Shown here: positions 25,029-39,815 of the stretch, piece by piece
Layout of the letters: the number at the start of each line of letters is the position of its first letter
How positions within the stretch are numbered: the first letter of the stretch is position 1
Source of the DNA: Hyphochytrium catenoides
Lineage: Eukaryota > Protista > Hyphochytriomycota
Direction of reading: 5' to 3'
Assembly (NCBI GenBank): GCA_900088475.1
Contig: FLMG01003999.1
Span: 62,001-126,000, forward strand
DNA: 64,000 bases
The notes under the pieces: generated by a model
Database searches by the model: none
Told to the model about the DNA's origin: nothing
Seen by the model: only the letters and a program-made list of their open reading frames with translations
Made by a program: the position numbers and the translations under genes

Positions 25029-25619
25029 GGCAGAGTCCTTGCTCCGCTGCGGATCTAAGAACTGCTAGCTCATGGTACTACATAGGTACATATCGCTGTT
25101 TGCCACGATGGGGACACTTTGTCGTATATTAGTCGGCCAAGCTACTAGGAAGCTAGTCCATCTAGTAATTGTCCATCGGGCCTTGACACAAAGACCTTGC
25201 AGAATATGCCAAAAAGTGTCCCGAGATGATCACTGATCTCGGTAAGTACTCAATAGCTGCAGAGGCACGGACACTAGCCGTCACCTGGAAAGCGGACGGG
25301 GTGATTTATGCACAGTGTAGGGGCCGTTAAGATGGCCAGGTAACAGTTCAGAAAGAGATTGATCAGAGCACCACGCCTGAAATGAAAGGAAGTAGAGCTG
25401 CAAGTGCAAGCCGTGGCCAAGGGTGACAGAGAGGAAAGGCAGGGGACCCGGCGGGGGAGCTTCCACTATCGGGCAAGAACTAAACCCTAGAACGAAGAGG
25501 AAACGTCAGTATGGAGTCCGAGGGACAATATGGAGGCAAGAAGAGCGGACTAGCAAGAGAGGCAGGACACCATATGCGGGTAAAGGCATAGGGTCCAATG
25601 ATAAGAACTCTGTGTGCGT

Positions 25620-25833
25620 AAGAGAGCGAGACCGATAGAGACACACACACAGAGAGAGAGAGAGGGACAGAGAGAGACAGAGAGAGAGATTGAGTGAGAG
25701 GGAGAGAGGGACAGCAAGAGACAAGGAGGAAGGAGAGAGAGCAAGAGAAGAGCAGCAGTGAGCTGATCTGATGATTGAAGGCATGGGTGGACAGTGAAGA
25801 TGAGGAGAAGTGAAGGTGAAGGTGAAGGTGAAG
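25620..25833. repeat. Compound microsatellite (CA)n/(GA)n plus (GTGAAG)4 between the divergent kinase and KRR1 genes
   Basis: acacacacacagagagagagag... and four exact GTGAAG units at 25810-25833. Confidence 0.85.
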
Positions 25834-26316
25834 GGCAAGGGAAAAAGTGAGTCGTTTCATTGTCCACCCATCATGCCTATACCTGACTGGAATGGCCATA
25901 TCAACTATATAGATGCTCATATTCCAAACGGGCGTATTAGGAACCCGTATGCCACACATTATGAGATGTAATATAGATATCCCTGATTCGGAATGTATCT
26001 CCCTTCTCCCGTTCTCCTCCTCCTTCTCTGTGGGTGTCCAGGCGGTGGGTGACCACCCAAGAACCGGAGTCGTGAACAACCTTTCATCTGCAGTGTTCTA
26101 GAGGATTCTGATGCCTGGGCACTCTCCCTCTCCGTTCTTGGGCTCCTCCCTGAGTAGCCCGCAGATGAAGCTCCAGACACTTATTCCTAGAGTCACGAGG
26201 TTCGGTTGTGCCTGGTCGGAGCCTATTGGTGGATCTCATAGGAGAGCTCGGTGGCCTCGTCGTACGTCTGTCATTGGCTCTTCCAGCTATTTGGTATAGT
26301 AACCTGCAGAAGAGTC

Positions 26317-28259
<1,943 letters not shown>

Positions 28260-28476
28260 AAGCCTGGACTACACTGGAACAACCAGACACTTTCTTGTAG
28301 TCGTTTACCTCTTTCGAACTGCATCTTTTGGGGCCACAGTCTCTCTTTTTGAACCCAGAAGATTGTGAGTGGATGCAAGGTTCCGTCGCCTCTTGAAAAG
28401 CGCCAATGATAAGCTCTTAAGAAAGTACCATAGTTAACTTCACAAGGTGCTCGTTATGCGTTTGTCTCCTGGTCCT

Positions 28477-30498
28477 TCACTTTGTGCGATACTCCAGAAA
28501 ACGTCCCAGCAGCTTTCTTAACAATGGACTCATATTCTCCCCTTCGAACTGTTCGGAGCAACCAGCGGCAATTATGAAGTAAGGCAACTCTGAAAACAAG
28601 GGAGGGCAAGAGGAAACGAATCTTTCATACCTCATAAAAGTACATTATAACGCCCATAGAGAGTGAGAACAACAACGTTTCGCCAAAAGGTACCGCGGCA
28701 AGAAGTCTTCGATGCCGCAATATCATGTATAGGCTGTCCGCTGCCCGCGGGAGAACGTAAAGGGCAAGCTCTGTAGATTAATGTGGGTCCGATAAGGAAG
28801 TTGATTGGTGAGATGGTCACTGGCGGTATTCTCACCCGATCGTCTGTCTTTTTTCTCTATGAGAATGGTCCAGCTAGCAATGAAACCGAACAGGTAGTAC
28901 ATCAACTTATGGTCTTTGTTGGTTAGCACGCGATGAGCGCAGGTAGCAGCCTGATAGGTAGCAACGAAGGACGCCAAAAAGGTAGTTGACTGTGTGGCAT
29001 TGGCAACGACCCTGCTCAAAACTTGCAGCGGCCTACAAGGAAGGAACATATGTGAAAGGTAAGGCCGATTCGCAAGATAGTAATGGCAGATCCCGTAACT
29101 ACTTACCGACGGGCGAAGGCGTTAAATCTTAGAACTATGGCAGGCGCTATTGACAGTGATAAATAGAAGGGAAAGGTTCGGCAAAACGCGTTTCTGAAGG
29201 TTGTGAGCACCATCTGCAGATGGCTCTCAGTCCACGGGTGCAGGATCTGGCAAGGTACCTGTTCCTCAGAAAAAGAGACTTAGTCATTGGGACCCAGATC
29301 CACACAAGGCGCACCAGCCGTAGAGTCTCAAGACAGCTCAGCACATACCATATCAGAGGTGAGTGTAGCTGGTAACAGTTGTGGATCACGGCCGAACTTA
29401 GCTACATAGGACTGAAAAAAGCTCATATCGAACGCTTTGCCTATCAAAAGTAGATATTCAATATAAAAGGAGAATAAAGCATTGTTAGACGCATGAGCAT
29501 GGAGAAACGGTGTACAACAAGCATATTAGCTAGTTCAGACGGCTCAAAGGCTTTGGCACTAAGTTGGTAACACAAGAACAAGGGAATATTGGATTCATGA
29601 GAGGGTCGTACACATCGAGCTGTAAGACGCTGGCGATCTAACCTCGAAGCTTCCGTCGCACATTGCGCAGGACTTCAGGATGGATGGGTCCGGTACGTAC
29701 AATGAACTGGTTGTACTCTGAGGGCAGAGTGTTCGGTCTCATCACATAAGCATACATCACCTGAGCTGAGGTGAGAGCAAAGAGAAGCGAATCGCCATGG
29801 GTCCAAGAACTGCCCCAGAAGTGCCACCATCCTCTGGACTTGAAGGCGTTGTACCCGCATTGTAGTGCCCGGGCGAGAAGATACAGGGCCAGAGTCCGCC
29901 GTCTGCCGCCGGAGGTCATTGGTTAGATATATGAGTGGAAGGCCTGTGCATGGAGACTGTTTACCTTCCCTCATCCATGAAGACAATGGCTGTTCCAGCA
30001 AGCGTCCCTGCCAAAAGGTTGTGCCATTTCTCACGCCTCTGCCGCATGAAACGGAACAATGCCATTAACGCTCTATAGCCCCCGGAGAAGCCTCCCACTA
30101 AGAGGCCCAGTGATACAGCATCCACGCGGAACTTCAGGACATCTTCATGTACGATCTTCTTCAGACTTAGCAAGTCACTTGGCCTAGGACACCAAAGACA
30201 AAAAAGTGCTTTGGGATAGGTGATCACTCTCTGAAGCGAACAGCAGAACTAACCTTTTCCTTGCAAGCTTGAAAAGATGAAGACTCACAGCAAGCAGTCC
30301 CCGTAGGTTATAGGCCAGCAAGAAGTTATTGGCACCCAGTGTCAGTGCTGATTTGAGCTCCTGAATGAGCTGCTTTCGTGTCATCAAGAGTCTATTGCCA
30401 TCAACCTCTGAACATGTCTCCTTAGCGATCTCTGATACAGATTGGACTGAGGTTTCGCCACTCCGTGGAGGCCGCTTAGAAGTAGGATCCTGCTTCAT
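28477..30498 (-). CDS. TMEM135: TMEM135-like (Tim17-superfamily) multi-pass membrane protein, multi-exon
   Basis: SLGLLVGGFSGGYRAL, NLLAGTLAGTAI, RRRTLALYLLARALQC.YN, HGDSLLFALTSAQVMYAYVMRPNTLPSEY..FI, C.ILHPW, QSTTFLASFVATYQ, IEKKDRRSELAL. Confidence 0.85.
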
Positions 30499-31780
30499 GG
30501 TTTGAGCTGCACCAGCGAAGCGGATCCGCTTCTGCTGTTATGCGCCACGCCACGCCTGGTTCTTTTGGAGTGCTTCCTGTTTGAGCTGTATCTACACTCG
30601 ACCACAGATCTAAGCGACCAAGGATGCAGAGTTTAAGTTCCCTCAGCCCTGCTTCCCTGCTGCTTCGCAGCTTAACCAGAATGAGTGAGCTACAGGAGGG
30701 CGGTGTTGTAAGGCAAGGCTCACTTCCTCTTCTCCATCATCCCTCGTCAACTCAATTCTACACAGTTCAAACAGTAGGATATCGTCTCTCTGTCTCGCAG
30801 GCTGCAATCTTCAACTCCTCCTTTCCGCGGTCACTAACCTAGTTCTTACTGCTGCCATTCAGAGGACCGCGTGCCTTTGGGTCGATGCTCTCCCACGCTC
30901 TCACATCATCACCTTCAACTCTATGACGGCGGCGGTACAATCTCCAGGCCCAGAGCCGCTAACTGCATGCCTTCACGTGGTAACTTCAATAGGACGCTGA
31001 CGCGGCTTGGAGCAGCTCCTTTACATTTCCTCATCCCTCATTATTCAGGCCCCTGCTGCCCTCACGCCCTCATGCATCTGGGTTCGGCTGATGGATCATC
31101 AGTCATCAGTAGGAACTACCTTTACTCAATGAGTAGTAGCGACAAGTGACATCAAGCCGCTCGAGGGAAGTTAATCTTAGGTGTGATGCTACGGCCCTGC
31201 TCGAAGATGAAGTAAAACCCTTCGTGCCAGTCACCCGATGTTATCGGCTAGAGTAGTAGCATTCGCATCGGTATCACTTGCTCTCACCTGGGTAGCACAT
31301 CATCCAGCGCTCCGGAGCTGCAGGTCTGCTGGGAAACAGAGCGCAAACGACACTAATCGAAAACTACCCGTGGCGAGAGTGGCCATCGCCTTCGCATAGG
31401 CGTATAGACGCGTCTCCCGTGAGTTACTCTCTGGCCGCTCCTCAGGACAAGCGTTCACTAGAAGAACAGGATTACCTGTCGATACACATCAATAATATTT
31501 ATTCTTATAAGCTTATATAGGTTGGTCTGGAACTCAGTACCTGATGCTAGACACCATGGTATCATCCATACGTATTCTCACTACGCCTCTACACCGACCT
31601 CTGAACTCCATCGTGGCAACCTCAGGTTAAGTGCCAACGCTCTCACCAACCGAGAGACGTCATCTTATCTTCTTCGCCAGTCCGGTGGGAGGAGGTGAAC
31701 TGGACGTGTTGTGCATGCTCTTCTATACCTAATAATATAAATATGCAGGGCCCACCGAACAGAAAGCGGCGCTGGCAGGC

Positions 31781-33578
31781 CTAGAATTCGTAGACTCTGG
31801 GGCGCTGGACGTCCAGATCGGCGTAAAAGTCGTCGTAATCTGACGCCACTGTTGATAGTCTGGGCGGCGCCGGCGGGTTCAACGTCGTTTGATGAGTCTT
31901 TGAGTTATCCTCCGACTTTATTCCACCTGCCGCGCGAAAGGCTGCTACAGGATATTCTGGAGTTTCCCTCTGCCCAGGATAGTGCTGATAGAGAGCACTG
32001 CTGTTTTCGAACCTGTATCCAAGCTTTGTAGCACTGGCCACTGAGTTGTTGGCAGAGGAAGAATACGACTGCTGCCTCTGGATTGCCCGTCGTGGTGGAG
32101 GCCTCGCCGGATAGGAGGTAAGGTTGCCGGGATGGTAGTATCGGGCTTGATGGAGAGGGTCGTGGTCCATGAAAGAAGAGTCTCGGTCTCCACCTTTTCG
32201 CCTCATCATCACTGCTACCACCACGATGAGTGCTACGAACGCGCCACCCCCAGCCATTGCAATGGTCGCCCAAAGCGGCAACCCATCAGAGCTGTCCATT
32301 TCCATTTTGTCCGCCTCCTGTACGTCATCATCGCTTGAGGAAAGCGCCTCCGGATTATTCTTAGTATCGAGTGCATCCTCTCCTGGGACAGTTTGGAAGC
32401 TGAAGGCCTCAGGAAGGTTCAAATATTCGATCTTTGGGAAGACCGGTTTTAGATCAGAGCTGACTTGATTGAATGTAGCGTTATTTTCAAGCTTGTCTGT
32501 GATCTCCCGGAGGTGATCTTCCCGGGCAACAAAGAGGATCTCCACAGTAACAGCTGGTGCCTCCGGAGTCCCTCTCTGTGAGATGTTGATGATGGCAGCG
32601 TTTAGGAGTAGAGAAACTCGGCGTCGAATGACGGCGATGAAGGCATCCGCTGTTGACTGAGTGAACTCCTCAGCTTTGACACCTTCAACTTTGACTGGAG
32701 CTGTGAATTTTAATATGTCTGTGCGATGGGCGAAGAAGTGTCATTATCTACATCGTCCTTATTTCGAACAAACCCCTCAGAAGAAGAAGCACCTTACCTT
32801 GCGTCGGTTGCTCGTCAGTAGTAGGGCTGTCCTTCTCATTGGCATGGGTCTCCGGCACACTTGTCTCTTCTTCTGGCATGGCTGTCGTATTGTTGCTCGT
32901 CGACTCCGTATCACCTTCGACCGCAGTCTCGTTATTAGGGCTCAACGACGTCTCTAGGGTCGAGTTGACAGCGGGTAGTATCGACGCATCAGCTGGTGGG
33001 GTGCGAGAGGCACCTTCGCTCTTTGTCGGGTCCAGCTGAGACATAGAGCTCTCCTGATCCTTCCGCTCATCACCCTCTCCTTGCTCCCATTCTGTGGGGG
33101 TGGAACCAGGTTTACGATTGTTGGGAGAATTACTAGCCGTCAGGTTCGGTTTCGGCAGAGATGGGGAGGATGGGTTCCCAGTGCTGCTGCCGCCATCAGT
33201 GATTTGATGATTTTGATGAGAAGCCCCTTCACTGCTGCTAACTTGTATTGGGTTGCTGTCCGGCCGATCTTGTTTAACTGTATTACCCTTGTTGGTTGGA
33301 GTGGCGCTTACCGACGACATACCGTCCCCGACAGCTACGGTGGTGGCGGTGGATGAGGAAGGGTTATTGATGCTGTCTTTCTTTGAGGAGGCCATGGGCG
33401 GCGTCTCGACAACAGAAGGTCGCCTGTTTGGAGAGGGCTCTTGGAGGTTTCTCGAGCGCCGAGCATCAAAGCGTCGCAGACTATCAATGTCATCACTGCC
33501 ATCTGTTTCGTTTAGTAATAGGGCTAAAAGACAGAGCAGCAACAACCGCCAAGAGCTGGCGCTACGGAACCGCCCCAT
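31781..33578 (-). CDS. Type I membrane protein: signal peptide, S/T/P-rich stalk, SEA-like domain, TM helix, Tyr-containing tail (2 exons)
   Basis: ORFs 32748..33578 and 31781..32545 join through a GTAAGG...CAG intron (~32797-32719). Signal LLLLCLLALLL, TM segment LWATIAMAGGGAFVALIVVVAVMM, then RRK. Confidence 0.75.
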
Positions 33579-36500
33579 ATTAAAGAAGCGCTACGTTGCA
33601 CGTGGGCTGAAACGCAGGAGGGAACAGTTACAAGCTATCTTCTTTCAGACTGTGGCATCTAAAAGAGCACCATCCGCTTCGAGGGTGCCCAGCTTTTCTT
33701 CCAGTAACAAATAGGAGACACAACCGCACTTGGTGAACGATCGTACTAGTGTATACTACTTTGAGTGGATATTCTTGTGATCTGTTATTAGTTCGTCTGC
33801 GTTGACAGCGCAACAAGGGCGAACTTAGCTCAATGTAAACGACCCGCAGGTGACCAAGTTCTGTGGGCCGATCTCGGCTCTGATGGCTAGGAAGGATTAT
33901 CTGTTAATTCGCAAAGTCTTTGGCTTACAGGGGGAAACAGAGTCGGACATTGACAAGGTTTGGTAGGTCTGAGTAACTGCAAGGAGCTTGTGGGGCCATG
34001 ACGCTGCTTCTTTCCCACCCCTACCAAGAGGCAGACCGGCTTTCCTGAATGATCCCACTGTTCTTTAAATGCCATTAATTGTACCTACAGCTATCATACC
34101 AATGTGCTTCACCAATGAGAGCCCATTGTCCCTAGGTAGAACTTTGTAAAGCCAGTCGCAGCTACGGAAGAAGATTCGCCGTCCGTGTAGTAGCTCCACC
34201 TCTTCTCGGAGAAGAGGATCAGCATCCTCTCCGAGGGGCCTTCTACATATACGAACCAAGGTCAGAGAACACAGCTTGCCAACGCAACTGGAGTAGCCAG
34301 TGCACTACATTTCAGCAAATTATTATGGTCCTTCTTCCTTACTGTTCAGATAGAGCCTTTCGTAAGTCCTAAGTTCTAGGGAGAACTATTCTTACTTGCT
34401 TTGAATCATTGTTTCTCTTTTTCTGATTCTTCTGGATGGTAGGAATGGTATGCTTGAAGTGGTCGGTACCAGAAGAAGGTCAAAGGGACTACTAACTAAC
34501 TGTCGAGTGAATACTCAGTCTTCTATTTGTTTATATTGTTATTATGATGTCTTTCACACAAAAGAACTTACTTAAAGAAATATTAGTCCTGATGAACAAC
34601 CTTACTTTGGGGCTGGTTGGAACCTCAACTTGTAAGAAGCCACCGGCTCCAGAATGCAAGAACTAAAGCGGTTCGCTTGGAGGTGCGAAAGCAACATGCA
34701 ATCATGCAATTGTGTTGAATTAGAACTATCCAATGTCCGCTTAGAACTACAAGCTTAATCACTCAGGCTCACTGCTCCTGCCGTCTTACTGGTGAAATGG
34801 GCGCCTGTCCTTCGGCCTTTCCATGTGGCCTAAGAATTGTGTCGCGCGCGGTTCGTAAGCGGAGAACTCTCATTCAAACCAATCTACTTGCCTTTACTTT
34901 GACTGCGAACGGAGTTCTTCTGCCTCCACTACTTTGATTGTACCACAACTGTTTTACTTCCCTTTCTACTGAGTGAGAACTTGTACACTTTAAATAATAT
35001 TGAGTTCTGCTACTGTTGTCCCTGTTTGACAAATCGATAAGCAAATGTCGTACCTGTAGTAATCTGAAGTATAGAAGGACGCAGAACAGGCAGAACAGTT
35101 GCTTTGTCGGACAGCAATGCATTCTACTAGAGGTAGAACTACTTGGTGTACGGGTACAGACGAAGCCAGCTTTTCGGCACAGCGGTAAACGGCGCTGAAC
35201 CGTACATTGGCGGCATAAGCTGGTTTGTACGTTCTCATCATGAACAATTACGCACGTGGAACAGTGAGTTTCAAGGAAACGAATGCCAATGTGGTCGGCC
35301 CATAAATAATAAGCGACGGCAGCAGTTAGCAGAAAGTGGATGTTAGTTGTCGGTTGTTGGTTATTACTTATTACCGTCCAGAAAGACAGTCGTAGCTCGC
35401 GCGTTCTTATTACTACACTGTCATCTCTCTTCGACAGTCTTTTGCTAATGCCTTTAGAAAGCCTCTAGAAGATCATGAGTTGAAACAAAATGATGCCTCT
35501 AGAAAGCCTGGGCTGGTTTACTACCTTGCCCTCCAGTTGTTTGCCGAAATGGAGCGCAACCTCCAGTTATTTGCGGAAGCAGAGTGCAATATCAAAAGAT
35601 GTCGTCAACTGTAAAGGTCTGGACCTCCTCTCGCCCGTCGTGCTACCCAGCACATCGTGCGTGGTGATAATACTACGTGCGGCGCACGTACAACCACTCG
35701 AGACATGTTTATTGCTGTCGTTCTGCTGGTTGAATATATAATGATGACGGTGGTTGTTTATGTGGTGGTGGTGCTGTTTCCTCCAGGTTGTACATTAGGA
35801 ATAATATCGGCCTCCCACCACTACAGTACGGCGTACTGTAGTATCGTACATTATTATTTTAACTCTCTGGACTACTGGATTTCTCTGCTTTCTCTGGTGC
35901 CATGACATCTTGGCTCAACAAAGAGGAACCATCGATGGACGATGGTGACGATGAAAGAGGAAGTGCTGCTACTGAAACGAACCGACGACGTCGTCGCCGC
36001 ATCATAATACGACTTTACGCAGCGCGCGGGGGTGCGGGGGTTCCCCACCATCTTAATCTTTATCAACACAGGTACTATTAGCTTATTATCTGCCCGCAAC
36101 AATCTAAAGGCTTTGAACTTCCACCATCCGTCAGAAAGCGTCGACAACTAATATTGACTACTAGTGATCGATGGTAGCGGTGTACGGTAATTATTGATGA
36201 TAGAGGTTTTTTTTTATGGTTGTGTGTGTTGTTGCATTAGTGGTGGGTTGGGTGGCATCTCATGAAGGAACTCCTCAAAATGAGGAGCATCATGTTGTTG
36301 TGTGTCATGTTATCTCTTCTTCTTTTCTTCCGAGGATCCACTTCCGCCATCATGCTCCTCGATTTAAGAAGACCAGACCTTTTTTGGTGGAGCAATCAAC
36401 CACCAGACGGACCGGTGAGGAGGCTCATCACCACGCAGCAGAGGAGGAGATATTTAGAACTACATTAGGTCAGACGACTAGCGACACAACAAACATGGGG

Positions 36501-37252
36501 TCAGAGACGCGGTGTCGCCATCATTCATGACTTCCCACCGGCACTTTATTATTATAATCTGACTTCTTGCTGCCAAACTTCGGTCGCCCTTCCTTCAATA
36601 ATCATGATGGCCTTCTATTAGAAGAAGTAGAGGCAACCAACAAGAAGTATCCGTGTAATCTTTCCATGATAATAGTAGATTCTTCATTGCCCTTCTTCCT
36701 TTTGTTCCTGAGTTTCTATATGTCAGGAATAGTTGTTTGCTAGTGCTACTGTAGGAAACAGTATTTGTAGTTCCCCAAGGCACTTGAAAAACAGCGTCGT
36801 ACAAGTACTGTACATACAGTTATCATGTTATCATCTGGTTATCATCTGGTACATGTATTTCGTACGTATTTCCATATTGCTTTGTTGCTTTATCAGTATT
36901 CTGGATCAAAGTATCTTGGATTCGGAATGCTCTTTGCTCTGTCTGCTCTGTGAAGGTCGCATGGTCCCTTTTATTTAGTACGGTACGGTAGAAGGCGGGG
37001 TTTGGCCAAGAAAACGAGAGAGAGATTCAAAGGCAATGAGACAGTTGAAAGGTAGGAGAATGTAGAGCTTGGGATGGGTGGGCCTCTCCCATCGTAGCCA
37101 TGGCTTTTACAAAAAAGTTGACGGGTGGAGAACTTTGAATGCAGATAACTGGGTTCTCTCTGGCGGAGGCTCTCAAACGGGACCCACTTTCAAATTGGTT
37201 GCTTGAAGCTTCAATCTTCACCTCATCTGCTGACCGCGACGAAGGCGCAATA

Positions 37253-37831
37253 ATGGGAGACGAACAGATCGTTGAAAGTCTTCGGCTGTCCTCGAAGCCT
37301 GAAGGCAAGAAGCGAGGCCCACCTTCGAGCAGCTGGGTATGGAATTATGCTCGTCATCTCAATGATAAGGATGACAGAGAGCTGCTGCAGAAACATGCAG
37401 ACAAAAAGAAACCCGTTATGTGTAACATCTGCAAGCATATCATGGATGTCGCGCACGGTTCAACCAACGTGAATCGCCATATGATGAGCGTCCACAAGAT
37501 AAACGATGAGGGAAGCAATAGCAGGAGGGCCAGACGTAGCTCAGCAGCTCCTGCAACCCCTCCAGGCGAACATATGAAGAATCCCGATAGCGATTCGTGC
37601 CATGGCTCCAGCTCAGGAGACGATGCGAATCGGCCAGGCTCAGGTCCAGCTAGGAAGAGAAAGAAATCAGCTGGACTCACCGATGGAACGGTGTTGTTAT
37701 CGCTTCAACCAATCCATACAAGCAAAAACCAGTTTCAGCGGCTAGAGGACAAAATTGATAAGCTAACCAAGCTTCAAGAGGAAACCAATCGTACTTTGCT
37801 GCAAATGCTAGATGTCATGAGGACAAAGTAA
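37253..37831 (+). CDS. BED zinc-finger protein with NLS and C-terminal coiled coil (start could be 37139)
   Basis: SWVWNY...VMCNICK......GSTNVNRHMMSVH fits the BED consensus (W..F/Y, C-x2-C, H-x4-H). Basic RKRKK motif and a terminal heptad helix FQRLEDKIDKLTKLQEETNRTLLQML. Confidence 0.75.
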   Translation: MGDEQIVESLRLSSKPEGKKRGPPSSSWVWNYARHLNDKDDRELLQKHADKKKPVMCNICKHIMDVAHGSTNVNRHMMSVHKINDEGSNSRRARRSSAAPATPPGEHMKNPDSDSCHGSSSGDDANRPGSGPARKRKKSAGLTDGTVLLSLQPIHTSKNQFQRLEDKIDKLTKLQEETNRTLLQMLDVMRTK

Positions 37832-39263
37832 GTCGCCGCATACTTTGATTTGCTTTTTCTAAAGGTTCATCACTCCTAACCTTTCCTTACCCCTCCTTCC
37901 AAGGACTGTATAAATAAGAGGCTGTTAAACCTTATGTTGCTTGCTGATCATTCATACGCTAGCACGGCGTGCCTGGAGCTCACTTTCTGTTAGTGACTGC
38001 ACCAGAGGGGGCTGTAACACTAGCGGAGATTGGGCAGGATGGGTGTGGTCGATAAACTAACACTTCATAGTAGAGTTGGGACGTGAGTGCCTTCTACTTA
38101 AGCTAGTGGGCTGTCTCTATTCTTCCTACCGCGCCTACATTTTTGCGCCCTTTGTTAATATACGATACGATAGTTGCCTGCCTCGGGGCTCTTATTGGCT
38201 GTTGTGCATCTGCATAATCACCCAATGACGTCAAGACGTGTCCGCGCATTGGGGGCGTCGTGGGAAGGGGCTAATTAGTCATGTTCAACCAAAGGCCAGA
38301 ATCGCCTCTCCACGCGAAGGCGGTAAATCTAAGACTTCTTACATCCGCTATCTAGTGGTAGTACTCTGTCACCTCACTTTGGGTTCTGATCAGTATGTGT
38401 CACTCGGAACGTCCGCTTAGCGACCTCGTCAAAGTTTTATCGGCACATTATATAAAGGAATAAGGGGCCACTGCTCAAGCAAACTGAATCAAAGTCTCGT
38501 ACAGTAGAAGCTCCACAACTCAGCCTTATTAATGCATTTGACATGCCTCTTCTGTCTTTTGCTCGTTCCTCTTTATGCGACGACGGCGTGAACCCAAATG
38601 ATAGAGTGGAAAACCTATGTGTCAGTTCGCTGGCCTGCTCATCGTGAAGTTTGTAGTTGTTGTGAGTTTGTACGGCTCCTGCAATCGCACTCAATGTTAG
38701 TGTTACATTGTATGTACGGTCACAAACCCACACAAACACCCCACCCTCAAGTAGATGTTCGTCCTATGTTGTTGCGTTCAGGTCGTTACATTTTCTTCCA
38801 GAGAGACAAACTCTTAGCTGCGTCGTGTAAACGCCATCGCCTTACTCGCTCCTAATAATATCTCTTAGAGTGTTTTTCTTAGCCGGCCTGGATAGTCATG
38901 ACAGCACACCGCGGGGCTAGAGCGCGGGCCCGGTAACAGCGACGGATGAGCAAGAAAGAGTAAGAACAGAAAGGAACCAGCAGCAGTAAAAGGTCATGAT
39001 TGAGTTTGGACCGTGAACAACACATCTGATCATAGGAAAGACAATTGGTGCATGAAGCTCAAGTTTCTCGATCGGTGTGACGGCGCGATTCTCTGTAAGT
39101 GCCACACGCGTATAAACAAGAGCAGATAGCAGCCCAGTACAAAGTACTCAACAACAGAACTTCATTGGAGGCGACTACCAAGCTTCCACCGGGACTAAGG
39201 CACCGTCGACGTTTGGAAGCAACTGCTATTTCGTTTAGAGTGAAGATAGGCCTTTATTCGAGA

Positions 39264-39815
39264 ATGGCAGCGGCTGATAAAATCAGCATAGACCAAGAGT
39301 TCGAGGCCCTGAAGAAGGCCTCCAACAGAGCCGCCGACGTCAACAGAAGAAATGATGAGAAGGACGTCAATAGCTCCTACAAGTCCGGAACAAGTCCGTC
39401 AAAACTCGGCTCCGCACAGACGAGCCCATTGAAGAACGTGGGTACCAAAATCCTGCTGGACTCGGCTTCAGATGGTGCACGGGGATGGGATAAAGAGGAG
39501 AAAAAGGTTGTTGGTTCGACTTCCTCCCCTTCTAAGAACTCTGCAAACGGACACAGTCTCCTGTCTAGCGCTGGTATTGACTTTCTCGGGAGCAGCAGTC
39601 CAGGTCGTGGCGAGCAAAAATCTCCTCATCGAGCACCAGTTGATAGCATAGCCGAACCGAAAGGTCATGAGATATCAGGCGCAAAGCTGCCTTCTCCTGG
39701 GAGACAGACCAAAGCCCTTGCAGAAGAACTCAAAGTTGACGATGGTTTGGATTGTTTGAGCAAGGAGATTAACAATCAAAGCTGTCACAGAGTAGGAAAG
39801 AAAGCCGATAAGTAG
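39264..39815 (+). CDS. Hypothetical, mostly disordered S/K/P-rich protein
   Basis: 183-codon open frame from the first ATG (MAAADKISIDQEFEALKK...) with protein-like composition and several SP motifs. No family recognised. Confidence 0.45.
   Translation: MAAADKISIDQEFEALKKASNRAADVNRRNDEKDVNSSYKSGTSPSKLGSAQTSPLKNVGTKILLDSASDGARGWDKEEKKVVGSTSSPSKNSANGHSLLSSAGIDFLGSSSPGRGEQKSPHRAPVDSIAEPKGHEISGAKLPSPGRQTKALAEELKVDDGLDCLSKEINNQSCHRVGKKADK

Noticed and set aside
25065-25073. Minimal uORF (ATG AGC TAG) 45 nt upstream of the kinase ATG
   Set aside because: Cannot tell whether it lies in the mature leader, and such triplets are common by chance.
34874-35122. SSHSVEREVK resembling a hAT dimerisation motif
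   Set aside because: Too short, on the opposite strand and upstream of the BED ORF, with no other transposase motifs.
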